Below are positions 47,401 to 60,000 of a stretch of 64,000 nt of DNA, in pieces. Source of the stretch: Heteronotia binoei (Eukaryota); assembly GCF_032191835.1 (NCBI RefSeq), contig NC_083231.1, positions 126,356,001 through 126,420,000 of the forward strand. The letters are read 5' to 3'. Both the position numbers and the translations under genes were made by a program. The notes below the pieces were generated by a model that saw only the letters and a program-made list of their open reading frames with translations, had not been told where the DNA came from and made no database searches. Each line of letters opens with the position of its first letter. The first letter of the stretch is position 1.

Positions 47401-48306
47401 AGTACGGTTAAAGTTGGCTGGATAAGAAATAAGCAGTGCAAATATTCTCCCCTCCCAATCAAAGACGTCATGCTTTTTGGTGGTTCTACCCCCTGTGCCT
47501 ATCCCGCTGCAACAACGCAGCCAGGCAAGGGATCCAAAGGAGCCAGCGAGGGACCCCCCCCACTCCTGTCCTCTGGGCCAAGGGGCCACTCGGCTGCCTG
47601 GCGAGGCAGTAAGCCCCCCCCCTGGGGGAGGAAGAGGCAGGCGGGGGGGGGCGCTGCAGACCCTCCCCTCCCCTCCCCCCCCCCGGGGACTGGCCTGGGT
47701 GCTCTTGCCGGCGCTCTGCAGCCCCCCCCCCCGTTGCCCCAGCAGGCAGAAGAGGCAGGCTGGGGGGGGGGGCGCTGCAGACCCTCCCCTCCCCTCCCCC
47801 CCCCCGGGGACTGGCCTGGGTGCTCTTGCCGGCGCTGGGGCTCTGCAGCCCCCCCCCCCGTTGCCCCAGCAGGCAGACGTGCCCCGCCAGGAAGAGGCAG
47901 GCGGGGGGGGGGGGGCGCTGCAGGCCCTCCTCTCCCTCCCCCCCCCGCGGGGGACTGGCCCGGGTGCTCTTGCCGGGGCTCTGCAGCCCCCCCCCCGGTG
48001 CCCCAGCAGGCAGACGTGCCCCGCCAGGAAGAGGCAGGCTGGGGGGGGCGCCGCAGACCCTCCTCTCCCCTCCCTCCCCCCCCCCCCCCGGGGACTGGCC
48101 TGGGTGCTCTTGCCGGCGCCGGGGGGCCCGGAGAGGAGCAGGAGCGGCGGGCGGCGGTGGAGGTGGCGCAGGAAGGCCTCCTTGGCGGGCCAGGCCGGCA
48201 GCCCCCGGCGCCCCCGCAGCAGCTCGGCGTAGCGCGACGAGAAGGGCAGCCCGTCGAAGGGGTTCCGCGGCAGCTCTCCTTCCTCCTCCTCTCTCCGCGC
48301 CTCCAT
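41407..48306 (-). CDS. DQX1: DEAQ-box RNA-dependent ATPase 1 (717 aa after repairing two 1-bp indels; exons 48306-48100, 47053-46860, 46712-46334, 44854-44621, 44281-44182, 44099-43941, 43855-43664, 43559-43434, 43343-43153, 42875-42685, 41587-41407)
   Basis: [12 protein letters not shown], motif I GKST, motif [25 protein letters not shown], and C-terminal [18 protein letters not shown]...CVLQ*. All exon phases chain correctly. Intron 1 is GC-AG. Exon 3 has a +1/-1 indel pair enclosing a TGA as assembled. Confidence 0.9.
45125..45775 (+). repeat. Tandem array of a CR1 3'-end unit (~120 bp, ~5 copies)
   Basis: Repeated ggccctccagaggaactgg...ggaggctggactagatggaccctc...ctgacccagcagggctcttct...gcctctctgccc in a DQX1 intron. 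Confidence 0.8.
45790..46100 (+). mobile_element. Rex1/Babar LINE 3' end
   Basis: [41 protein letters not shown] is the typical Rex1/Babar C-terminus, followed by an AT-rich 3'UTR. Confidence 0.8.
47620..48115 (-). repeat. Minisatellite (~120-145-bp unit, 4 copies) derived from the DQX1 exon 1/intron 1 junction
   Basis: GGCAAGAGCACC(C/G)AG|GCCAGTCCCC recurs with junctions at 48100, 47960, 47816 and 47695. Confidence 0.85.
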
Positions 48307-48364
48307 GGCCGGCCTGCCGGGGGAAGCGATGACCCCGCCCACCCCCCTGCGGCCCCCGGGGACA

Positions 48365-48495
48365 GGGGCACGTGACGCCACTGCTAGCCAATGGGCCGCT
48401 CGCTTCCTCTTCCTCTGGCGGGGGCGGAGCCGAGGGGCACTTCCGGCCACGCGCCCGCTCGTGGGGAGCGCTCTTTCCTCGCGCATGCGCTCCGC
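48365..48495 (-). promoter_or_regulatory. DQX1 CpG-island promoter
   Basis: GTCACGTG E-box/CRE overlap (48369-48380), CCAAT at 48388, GC box, ETS CCGGAAGTG (~48438-48446), and NRF1-like GCGCATGCGC at 48481. Confidence 0.6.
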
Positions 48496-48644
48496 CTGCC
48501 GGCCCTGGTCCGGCGGGAGACCCAGAGCAAAGAGAGAGAGAGAGAGGGAAGGAAGGAAGGAAGGGGGCTCCGGGGCCTCCAAGACTCCCACCCTGCGAGA
48601 GGGGCCTTCGCCAGTCCAAAGACCTCTTTGGTTCAGCATCTGTA

Positions 48645-49615
48645 TCATAAAGTTGGAAGGGACCTCCAGGGCCATCTAGTCGAACCCCCTGCACAATGCA
48701 GGAAACTCACAAACACCTCCCCCTAAATTCACAGGATCCTCATTACTGTCAGATGGCCCTCTAGCCTCTGCTTCAAAACCTCCAAGGAAGGAGAGCCCAC
48801 CACCTCCCCAGGAGGAAGCCTGTTCCACTGAGGAACCGCTCTGTCAGGAAGTGCTTCCTAATAGAATATAGAATCCTAGAGTTGGAAGGCACCCCCAGGT
48901 CACCTAGTCCAACTCCCTGCACAATGCAGGAAACTCACAAACGCCTCCCCCTAAATTCACAGGATCTTCATTGCTCTCAGATGGCCATCTAGCCTCTGTT
49001 GAAAAACCTTCAAGGAAGGAGAGCCCACCACCTCCCGAGGAGGAAGCCTGTTCCACTGAGGAATCGCTCTAACGGACAGGAAGTTCTTCCTAATGTTGAG
49101 CCAGAAACTCTTTTGATCTACTTTCAATTTATCAATGGTTTGGATTTGGAGGAAGGAAGAGAGGGGATGCTTATTGAATCTGCAGAGGATACTAAATTGG
49201 GAGCGGTCTCAAATACAGTAGAAGACAGAAACAGGATGATCTTGACAGGCTGGAAAGCTGGGCTGAAACCAATAAAATGGATTTAATGCGGATACATGTA
49301 AAGTTTTGCATTTCAGAAGGAAAAATCCAATGCATAGTCATAGATGGGGAGACTTGTCTTAGGAGTAGTATATGCGAAAAGAATCTAGGGGTCTTAGTGG
49401 GCCATACGCTGAACATGAGTCAACAGTGTGGCTCAAAAGGCAAATGCGATTCTGGGCTGTATCAACAGAAGTACAGCGTCCAGATCGCGTGATGTGATGG
49501 TATCACTTTACTCTGCCCTGGTAAGACCTCACCTGGAGTCTCGTGTTCAGTTTTGGGCACAAGAAGGAGATAGACAAATTGGAGTGGGTCCAGAGGAGGG
49601 CAATGAAGATGACGA
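48645..49615. mobile_element. CR1 fragments (minus-strand 3' ends 48645-49110; plus-strand RT remnant 49130-49615)
   Basis: CR1 tail sequences; ADDTKLG-like motif, EKNLGVLV, KANAILGCI, YSALVRPHLE. Confidence 0.8.
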
Positions 49616-49689
49616 GGGGTTTGCATTGTGCAGGGATTTGAAGAGGGGGGTGGTTTCAAATGCTGAATTTGGGGTAGTGCAAGTTTGAG

Positions 49690-50070
49690 AGGTGGTTTGG
49701 TGTAGTGGTTAAGTGTGCCGACTCTTATCTGGGAGAACCGGGTTGGATTCCCCACTCCTCCACTTGCACCTGCTGGAATGGCCTTGGGGCAGCCATACCT
49801 CTTGCAGTTGTCCTTGAAAGGGCAGCTGCTGTGAGAGCTCTCTCAGCCCCATCCACCTCACAAGGTGTCTGTTATGGGGGAAGAAGATAAAGTTTATTTC
49901 AATTTGTATTTTAGTTTCAAGGAGATTGTAAGCCACTCTGAGACTCTGTCCTTGAAAGGGCAGCTTTTGGAGAGCTCTCTCAGCCCCACCTACCTCACAG
50001 GGTGTCTGTTGTGGGGAAAGGAGATTGTGACTGCTCTGAGACTCCTTCGGGTAACAAAGAGTGAGGTATA
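49690..50070 (+). mobile_element. Squam3-like SINE(s)
   Basis: gtttggtgtagtggttaagtgtgccgactcttatctgggagaacc head, body, and a duplicated 3' part. Confidence 0.85.
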
Positions 50071-50792
50071 AATTCTACCTTGTTGGAAGGGGCTCAGGAT
50101 TTTGTGGTGTGTGACCAGCATGGGCCTGTCTGAAAAAATAGCCCCGCATACTTTGCATCTCACACGCTAGACCTGGTGGCTGGGGAGGGAGGTGATCTGA
50201 AGGGGGTGGAACTGCCCCATCCTGGGCAGAGCAGTCCCTGCTGGGGCTCAGACTTAAAGTGACACCTCGACTTCATGGTGGGAGGGAAAATTAAAAGCTT
50301 CTGCCCTCGTAGCCTGATGGATGTGACTGGCTGTTTCAGGGGGTGGGTTGGGGATTTTCCTGGTCATCTGGTTGGTGCTCCTGCCAGTGCCCTGGCTGAG
50401 GCACGAGGACATTCTGTGGGCAGCTGACAGCCCTCTCTCAAGCTGTCCTCTGGTTCTCTGAAGGGCTGCGGATGTCGCAGATACAAAGCAGAGGGCTAAA
50501 GCAACAATGGAGAATCACTCAGGATGCATCCAGCAAGATACAAGCTACGCCTCGCCATTATCATCACTGCTGTGCGCCAGAGATGCCAAGAAGATGGCAT
50601 CCCTTCCTCACCATTGTGTCTGCACCTCACAGGCCTGTGTGATCAGCTTGCAGGAGAAGCTGTGTTTAAAACCTCTCACATCTGTGCCAATGTGGACACT
50701 GCAATAGCAACCACAGGGTCAGATGGTACCAGAGCAACAGCTGTTGTTGGAAAAGGCAAGCGGCTCACTTTGCAGTCATTATGGGGTTAACT

Positions 50793-53700
50793 GATGCTGT
50801 TGTTCAGTCGCACAGTTGAGTCTGACTCTTTGCGACCCCCTGGACAAAGTCACGCCAGGCCCTCCTGTCTTCCACCATCCTCCGAAGTCTGCTCAAATTC
50901 ATGTTTGTTACATCAGTAACACTGTCCAGCCATCTCAACTTCTGCTGTCCCCTTCTTCTTTTGCCTTCTGTCTTTCCTGACATCAGGATCTTCTCCAGGA
51001 AGTGCTCCGTTCTCATTTGGTGGCCAGAGTATTTGAGCTTCAGCTTCAGTATCTGACCTTCCAGGGAACAGTCTGGGTTGATTTCCCTTAGGCCTGACTG
51101 ATTGGATCTTCTCGCAGTCCAAGGGACTCTCAAGAGTCTTCTCCAGCACCACAGCTCAAAAGCATCTATTCTTCTGCGCTCAGCCTTCCTTATGGTCCAG
51201 CTCTCACAGCCATACATTACTCTTGGGAATACCATTGCTTTGACTATACGGACTTTTGTTGGCAGGGTGATGTCTCTACTTTGTATTCTACTGCCCAGGT
51301 TCGCGATAGCTGTCCTCCCAAGGAGCAAACATTTTTTAATGTCATGGCTACAGTCACCATCTGCAGTGATCTTGGATCCCAGAAATGTGAAGTCTGTCAC
51401 TACTTCCATGTCTTCCCCTTCTATTTGCCAAGGTGCGATGGGGCCGGATACCATGATCTTAGTTTTTTTTATGTTGAATTTCAAGCCTACTTTTGTGCTC
51501 TCCTCTTTCACCCTCAACAAGAGGTTCTTTAGGTCTTCCTCACTTTCTGCCATTAGTGTCATCTGCATAACTGAGGTTGTTAATGTATTTCCTGGCAATC
51601 TTAATTCTGGCTTCTGCTTCATCCAGGACAGCATTCCGCATGATGTACTCTGCACATAAATTAAATAAGCAGGGTGACAATATACATCCTTGTCGAACTC
51701 CTTTTCCTATTCTAAACCAATCAGTTGTTCTATATCCCATTCTGACAGCTGATTCTTGACCCTTATACAGGTTTCTCAGGAGACATGTGAGGTGGTCTGG
51801 TACTAGGGTGACCATAATGTCTGAAGGCCAGCCAGGGACACCTTGGGGGGGGGGGGAAGGTAGGAGTGTGCGCGCGCCGCCAGAAACAGGAAGTGACGTC
51901 ACTTCCGGTGACGGCACTTCCGGTGATGTCATGCCACCGCCGGAAACAGGAAGTGACGCCACTTCCTGTGACATCATTTCCCCCACGTCACCTGCCGGAA
52001 ACGGGAAGTGACATCACTTCGTGTGGCATCACTTCCCCCAAATGACATCATTTCCCCCAAATGCCACTGCCGGAAACAGGAAGTGACTTCACAGCACTTC
52101 CTGTGACGTCCCCAAAAATCCCCCAAATATCACCGCCGGAAACAATTTTGTTCTCAAATCCTGTATATACTTCATCAGTATATGGGATAAGGCACTTTCT
52201 CAACTGTGCTGCATAATGCAGCCTATTTATTTTGTCCTGTTTGCTCTGTTGGCTCTATCTGCGCCACCTTCATCACTTTCGGGGTGTGGATCCCCCAGTG
52301 GGGTGGTCTCCCGACTCCCTCCGCCGGCTATTTCTGATAGCCCTGCGCCCCCTCTTTCATTTGATATGTGTCCCGTGCGGGTGCCACCCTCCCGCCAGGA
52401 GATGCCGCAAAATGAGCCCCCTTGAGGCTTATGGCGGCAGGGCTCGGGGGAAGCGAGCTAGACTGCTGTTCTTTTGAGGGGTTATAGAGTGTTTCGAGCC
52501 CGTCCCTGTGGCATCGGTCCCATCGTTGTGGGACCCAGGGGGCCAGCGCAGTGGCACGCCGAAGCAGCCTGTCACTAATAACACAGGTCGAGATGCAGGA
52601 CAGGAACCCAGAAGTGACCGACAGGCTGCTTCAGCGTGCCGCTGCGCCGGCCCCCTGGGCCCCACAACGATGGGACCGATGCCACAGGGACGGGCTCGAA
52701 ACACTCTATAACCCCTCAAAAGAACAGCAGTCTAGCTCGCTTCCCCCGAGCCCTGCCGCCATAAGCCTCAAGGGGGCTCATTTTGCGGCATCTCCCGGCG
52801 GGAGGGTGGCACCCGCACGGGACACATATCAAATGAAAGAGGGGGCGCAGGGCTATCAGAAACAGCCGGCGGAGGGAGTCGCGAGACCACCCCACTGGGG
52901 GATCCACACCCCGAAAGTGATGAAGGTGGCGCAGATAGAGCCAACAGAGCAAACAGGACAAAATAAATAGGCTGCATTATGCAGCACAGTTGAGAACGTG
53001 CCTTATCCCATATACTGATGAAGTAAATACAGGATCTGAGAACAAAATTGCACCAGAAGACACAAACACAAAGCTCCCTTACACTGAATCAGTTCTTGGG
53101 TCCACCAAAGTCAGTATTGTCTAGTCCAGTCACAAACACAAAGCTCCCTTACACTGAATCAGTGCTTGGGTCCACCAAAGTCAGTATTGTCTANNNNNNN
53201 NNNNNNNNNNNNNNNNNNNNNNNNNNNNNNNNNNNNNNNNNNNNNNNNNNNNNNNNNNNNNNNNNNNNNNNNNNNNNNNNNNNNNNNNNNNNNNNNNNNN
53301 NNNNNNNNNNNNNNNNNNNNNNNNNNNNNNNNNNNNNNNNNNNNNNNNNNNNNNNNNNNNNNNNNNNNNNNNNNNNNNNNNNNNNNNNNNNNNNNNNNNN
53401 NNNNNNNNNNNNNNNNNNNNNNNNNNNNNNNNNNNNNNNNNNNNNNNNNNNNNNNNNNNNNNNNNNNNNNNNNNNNNNNNNNNNNNNNNNNNNNNNNNNN
53501 NNNNNNNNNNNNNNNNNNNNNNNNNNNNNNNNNNNNNNNNNNNNNNNNNNNNNNNNNNNNNNNNNNNNNNNNNNNNNNNNNNNNNNNNNNNNNNNNNNNN
53601 NNNNNNNNNNNNNNNNNNNNNNNNNNNNNNNNNNNNNNNNNNNNNNNNNNNNNNNNNNNNNNNNNNNNNNNNNNNNNNNNNNNNNNNNNNNNNNNNNNNN

Positions 53701-55075
53701 NNNNNNNNNNNNNNNCCGCCAGCAGCCCCCCCCTCTCTGCTTACTTACCTTGTTCCAGGGCGGGTGGCGGCCTCTCCTCCGGCCTGCTGGTGCTGCTGGC
53801 GGGGCTGGCAGCGGCTGCGGAGGCCGGGGAGAGGCCTTCGCTGGTCGGCGCTGGTCGCCGGAGGCCCTCCAGAGTCTCTGGAGGGCCTCCCGGGACCAGC
53901 GCCGGCGCCTCCGCGGCCTCCGCTGGTCGCCGGAGGCCCTCCAGAGTCTCTGGAGGGCCTCCCGGGACCAGCGCCGGCGCCTCCGCGGCCTCCGCTGGTC
54001 GCCGGAGGCCCTCCAGAGTCTCTGGAGGGCCTCCCGGGACCAGCGCCGGTGCCTCCGCGGCCTCCGCTGGTCTCTGGAGGGCCTCCAGCGACCAGCGGAG
54101 GCCGCGGAGAGGCCTCCGCCACCGCCACCGGGCCCCGGGCGGGGAAGGCGGTGAGTGAGGGAGCGTCCCTGCGCACACGCAGGGACGCTCCCTCCCTCAC
54201 TTGCCGCCTTCCCCGCCCGCGCGCGGGGCCCACCGCCTCCGGGGCTGGCTAAACCGGGACCTCTAATGGTCCCGGTATAGCCAGCCCGGGAGGCGGGAAT
54301 AGGGGGCCAGAACCGGGAGGCGGGAATAGGGGGCCAGAACCGGGACGGTCTGGCCACCCTATCTGGTACTCCCATCTCTTTAAGGACTTGCCACAGTTTG
54401 TTGTGATCCACACAATCAAAGGCTTTAGCATAGTCAGTGAAGCAGAAATAGATGTTTTTCTGATACTCCTGTGCTTTCTCCATAATCCAGCGGATGGTGG
54501 CAGTTTGATCTCTAGTTCCTCTACCTCTCCGAAACCCAGCTTGAACTTCTGGTAGTTCCCAATCCACATACTGCTGAAGCCTAGCTTGTAGGATCTTTAA
54601 CATGACCTTGCTGGCATGTGAAATGAGTGCAATGGTGCGGTAGTTTGAACATTCCTTGGCATTACCCTTCTTTGGAATTGGAATATAAACTGATCTTTTC
54701 CAATCCTGTGGCCACTGTTGTGTTTTCCAAATTTGTTGACATAATGTGTGCATCACTTTAACAGCATCATCTTTTAGGACTTTGAATAGCTCAACTGGGA
54801 TACCGTCATCCTTGTAGAATTCTTCTGTGTATTCTTGCCACCTCTTTCTGATCTCTTCTGCTTCCGTTAGGTCCCTACCATTTTTGTCCTTTATCATGGC
54901 CACCTTAGCACGAAACGTTCCCTTGATTTCTCCCATTTTCTTTGAGATCTCTTGTCCTTCCCATTCTATTATTTTCCTCTATTTCTTTGCATTGTTCCTT
55001 CAGGAAGGCCTCCCTCTTTCCTTGCTGTTCTCTGGAAATCTGCATTCAGTTGGGTGAATCTTTCCTTTTCATCTT
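50793..55075 (-). mobile_element. RTE-BovB LINE (3' ~1.7 kb), split by a hAT insertion at 51804-54361
   Basis: YADDT, KVGLKFNIKKTKIM, VMYGCESWTI, IDAFELWCWRRLL and RAWRDFVQGVAKSQTQL motifs. Upstream half: WKRSVYIPIPKKG, YRTIALISHASK, QAGFRRGRGTRD, DYAKAFD. Confidence 0.95.
51804..54361. mobile_element. Non-autonomous hAT fold-back element, copy 2
   Basis: TIRs TAGGGTGACCA...TGGCCACCCTA, perfect 8-bp TSD TCTGGTAC (51796-51803 / 54362-54369). Contains a ~900-bp hairpin (52143-53050), 72-bp palindromic tandem units (53850-54090) and an N gap at 53194-53715. Confidence 0.92.
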
Positions 55076-55654
55076 GCTGTTAGTGGTTAATAAACAGGAC
55101 ATGGTGTTTTGTATCTCCTATGCAGATAAAAGTAGGCTGCAGCCTGCCTGGGATGACTGAAGAGGAGGTATCTTGACCCATAACCTTCCTCTTGGTCAGT
55201 TCGCATCTTTTTTGTTCGCATCCTCTGGGAGTAGGAGGAAGGGCAGCCATCCCAGCTCAGCCATGGAAGAGTCAGGCCCTAGCTAGCAGCCGGAAGGCAG
55301 ACTTTGCTTGCTTCTATCCAAGGCACCCTTCCTGGGTGTTTTTCAGCACACGGCATTTTCCCTTGTCAACTTAAGCAGGTGTCTTGCTACTCTGTCTGCA
55401 CATCACCACTGACTTTTAAACTGAAATCTCAACACTTACCCAGCTGTGTGGGATAATTTGCAGGATCTGGGATATCTATAGCCTGCTGCCGGCATACACC
55501 ACCTTTGCCCTTAAATCTGCTGGGCGAGGGGAAGGACTGGCCTGTCTGCCTGAGACCCTGCAGAGCCATTGCCAGGCTGAGTGGACCATGATGGACCAAG
55601 GAGGGGGGTCTGATTCAGTATGAAGCAGCTTCAGGGGGACCCACCTAGACCGAC

Positions 55655-55900
55655 TGATGATACTGGATTCATACCCCGCCCTATACTCTGAATCTCAAGA
55701 GCAGTCACCATCTCCTTTACTTCTCCCCCAACAGACACCCTGTGAGGTGGGTGGGGCTAAGAGGGCTCCCCCAGCAGCTACCCTTTCAAGGACAACCCCT
55801 ACAAGAGCTGTGGCTGACCCAGGGCCATTCCAGCAGGTGCAAGTGGAGGAGTGGGGAATCAAACCTGGCCCTCTGCACTTCACTACTACACCAAACTCCT
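55655..55900 (-). mobile_element. Squam3-like SINE
   Basis: Reverse-complement SINE from the L2-like tail (ataccccgccct) to the head (cactactacaccaaac). Confidence 0.85.
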
Positions 55901-56836
55901 CTCTGTGGAGGAGCCCTGGCTCAGTGGAACAGCCTTTGCTTGGGCAGCTCCCGGTCTCACCCCCAGCCTGATGGAAAAGACCACTGCCCGCCACTCTGGA
56001 GGGGTGCTTCCAGTCTGGGTAGACAATACTGACCGCGATGGCTCGCAGGGGCTGCCTGGGGGGCTCCAAGTGTTCAGCCCTGTGGCCGCCGCCTCCTCCT
56101 GGCCAGCCCCTCGATGGTGGCACTTCCTCCCTCTGATGGGACTGCAGTCTGTGCTCACCCCAACCCCACTATCGGAAAATCACCTGAGAGGGTGGAGGGA
56201 TCAGAGGGGGGATACCCCAAAGGGCCCTCTCGCCAGCACCCCGAGAAGACCGGGTGAGCAGCACACAGGGAAGCCCCTCTTCCTTCTCCTGGCCTCCACC
56301 CATTGGGCAGGACTTCCTCTCTTGCCCCCACTTCGTTCTTCACTCACAGTTCTCCGTTCTGGCTGAAACCCAAGGTGGATCAACTTGGTATAAAATGGTG
56401 TAAAATCAAAGAGCACGAGAGACCGGGGGCCTGCCAGCCTCCATGGAGCAGGGGGCAACGCACTTGCATGGATCCCACCCCCACGACAGTTGTCCTCTCC
56501 ATTGAATCCTCACCACCACCTGTGAGGTAGGCTTGGCTGAGTGTGTGTGGCTGACTCAAGGCCACTCGTCCAGCTGGCAGGGCAGGGCAGGGCAGAAGGG
56601 GGTTCATACCTGGAGCTTCCAGATCTGAGACCAACACAACAGCCCCTGTGCAGACCCCGCCAGAGGCTCCCGAGCAAGACAGACTCTGCCCTCCCGCCCT
56701 CCCTAGAAGGCAGCTTCCCCAGCAGCCCTGGAGTATTGGCCTGGTCGAGTAGCAGGTTCGCAAGGACCGCTCAGCAGGGCTCAGCTGTAGCACTCAAAGG
56801 AGCTGCTCCCACGCACACACGAGAAGGTGAGTCATT

Positions 56837-56842
56837 TTTATT
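56837..56842 (-). terminator. AUP1 polyadenylation signal
   Basis: Minus-strand AATAAA ~210 nt after the stop (57053). Confidence 0.6.
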
Positions 56843-57052
56843 TTGATAGCGAAAGCCTCCCCCCCCCCCGGCTCCAGGGCCCCCCAGTGCTGTGCTGAGT
56901 CCAGGGCCCGGAGCGAAAGCGCAGGTGGGCTGGGATCAGCCCGGGACACACGGAGTTGGAGTAGCCACAGGTTGCTCATCGTCCACGGCAGCCCTCCACG
57001 CCCATAGCCGCCACTGCCCGTTGCCAAGTCCAGAAGAAGTTGCATGATCTGC

Positions 57053-60000
57053 TCAGCGGTTCCCCTGGCTCTGGGGCATCCCGTATTTCTCTGTGTATTT
57101 CCTGCGGAGGCAAGGGAAGCCTGAGGCAGTGCCCAGCAGAGCCAGCCAGCCAGTCTGCCCTGCCCAAGCACCACAAGCCCTCCTTGCCCCCTCCAGCCTC
57201 ACCTCCTGGCGTAGTCAAAGAGCGCCCGCTTCCGGTCCTGCAGGGAGAGGTGCCTGGCCTCCGGGGACCTGGCAAACACCTTCAGGGGCAGCTGCAACCA
57301 CAGAGAGAGAGAGAGAGAGAGAGAGGAGAAGAGGGAGGGAGTCACCCCCTTGCCCTAGTGCATGCTTGCTTTCTCCTCCTCCCCCCACCCGAAGGCGGTC
57401 TGCACGTACCGCAGCTGGAGGAGGAGCCGCAGGGGGCTGAGCACTGGAGACGGATGGGCCAAGCAAGGAGGGCTCCTCTTCTGCCTCGCTGGGGGTGAAG
57501 GGAACCCGCCCCTCCAGCAGGTTGGCAATGGTGGCGTCCACGCAGTTTGTCTGGGCTGGGGAGAGAGGCAGGCCATATGTGAGAGGCAGGGCGAAGGGGA
57601 AAAACCAACAACCCTGGGCCAGACTTCCTCCAAGCGTGGTGGCTCTTGGATCTGGAGTATCAAATTGATTCCTCTTCCAGATCACCTCCAACGGACTTTA
57701 AACATCCCCCGCCGCCAGCCTCCTCCTGGGTTTAAATTAACACTGAATTAATGGACTATATTGATCCTTTATCCTCATTATGTGGTTTTATTATGGGATG
57801 CTGCTTATACAAGTTTTTCCGGAGAGCAGTGGGGTTTAAGTCTTCTCCAAAAACTAACACTGAAATTCAGCGACACCGCACCAATACAAGCAATGCTTAT
57901 TCTGACACAAACTTTGGCGAGACAGTGGTCATGTAACCAGGCATTGGAAAGGTAGACTGAGGGACCCTCCTGCACACCTGATCAAGTGAGGCCTGACTCA
58001 GGAGAACTCCAGTGGACCAAGTCCTGCATTTAAGGTGGCTCCCGCCTAGTTCTGCTGCAAAAGACTAACGCAGTCACCTATGTGGAAATCAGCTGGTTTA
58101 TGCCGCCTTCCAACTCACTCTGTCTTGCCTTACTGACGCTTTCCTTGCTCTGCAATGCCCAGGAGGGAACCTTGAGCTCCACCTTTCAGTCACCAATCTG
58201 CAGCAGCCCCCCTCCCACACCCTCCCAGCATCCACTCACTCACCCAAGTCTTTGCGAATGACTGCCAGGGGCACGTGAGGCAGAACTTCCTTGACACGCT
58301 GAGCCATGCCTGTCAAGTGGGGTGTATCCTCCGTGGGGGGTGAGCTGGAGGAAGCCTGAGGCCGGGCTGCCAAGGGCTGACTTGGGACTGGGAAAGAGAG
58401 AGATGGGTGAAACACAAGTGTTTGCTGAAGGTCCCACCTCCAGGGCAATTCTGGGGCGCAGCCACCTTCCTCCCTTTCTGGGACCGCTTGCCACAGGCAG
58501 AGTGAAGTTGTCACTAACATCCTCTCCTGGGGAAAAATCCACCCCCCCCCCCACTTCTACAAGCCAGAGCACAGATGGGGCTAGCAAGGCCAGGCCCGTG
58601 GGATGACCATGTTGATGGGCGCAGTGGGAAGAATGGCTCAGTTGAGGGCTGGAGGACCGTGGCCCACCTGGGGCATAGGGAGTTGGAGGGCCGTAGCTCA
58701 CCTGGGGCATAGGGGGCTGGAGGGCCATGGCTCACCTGGGGCATAGGGGGCTGGAGGGCCATGGCTCACCTGTGGCATAGGGGGCTGGAGGGCCGTGGCT
58801 CACCTGGGGCATAGGGAGCTGGAGGGCCGTGGCTCACCTGGCGCGTAGAGGGCTGGAGGGCTGTGGCTCACCTGGGGCATAGGGAGCTGGAGGGCCGTGG
58901 CTCACCCCACCTGGGGCATAGGGGGCTGGAGGGCTGCGGCTCACCTGGGGGATAGGAGGCTGGAGGGCTGCGGCTCACCTGGGGGATAGGAGGCTGGAGG
59001 GGCCGTGGCTGACCTGGGGCATAGGAGGCTGGAGGGCTGTGGTTCACCTGCAGCATATGGGGCTGGAGCGCTGTGGCTCACCTGGGGCATATGGGGCTGG
59101 AGGGCTGTGGCTCACCTGGGCATAGGGGGCTGGAGGGCTGTGGCTCACCTAGAGCATAGGGGGCTGGAGGGCTGTGGCTCACCTGGGGCATAGGGGGCTG
59201 CTGTGGCTCACCTGGGGCATAGGAGGCTGGAAGGCTGTGGTTCACCTGCGGCATATGGGGCTGGAGGGCTGTGGCTCTCCTGGGGCATAGGGGGCCGGAG
59301 GGCTGTGGCTCACCTGGGGCATAGGGGGCTGGAGGGCCGTGGCTCACCTGGGGCATAGGGGGCTGGAGGGCTGTGGCTCACCTGGGGCATAGGGGGCTGT
59401 GGCTCACCTAGGGCATAGGGGGCTGGAGGGCCGTGGCTCACGTGGGGCATAGGGGGCTGCTGTGGCTCACCTGGGGCATAGGAGGCTGGAGGGCTGTGGT
59501 TCACCTGCGGCATATGGGGCTGGAGGGCTGTGGCTCTCCTGGGGTCTGGAAGGCTGTGGCTCACCTGGGGCATAGGGGTCTGGAAGGCTGTGGCTCACCT
59601 GGGGCATAGGGGGCTGGAGGGCTGTGGCTCACCTAGGGCATAGAGGGCTGGAGGGCCATGGCTCACCTGGGGCATAGAGGGCTGCTGTGGCTAACCTGGG
59701 GCATAGGAGGCTGGAGGGCTGTGGTTCACCTGCGGCATATGGGGCTGGAGGGCTGTGGCTCTCCTGGGGCATATGGAGCCGTAGGGCTGTGGCTCACCTG
59801 GGGCATAGGGGGCTGTTGTGGCTCACCTGGGGCATAGGGGTCTGGAGGGCTGTGGCTCACTTAGGGCATAGGGGGCTGGAGGGCCGTGGCTCACCTGGGG
59901 CATAGGGGTCTGGAAGGCTGTGGCTCACCTAGGGCATAGGGGGCTGGCGGGCCATGGCTCACCTGGGGCATAGGGGGCTGGAGGGCCGTGGATCACCTGG

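Noticed and set aside
47230-48675. 481-aa ORF through DQX1 exon 1
   Set aside because: Starts in a CR1 remnant and reads through the promoter and the intronic minisatellite; only 48306-48100 is homologous coding sequence.
53191-54936. 581-aa minus-strand ORF
   Set aside because: Chimera of BovB RT, hAT repeats and an N gap.
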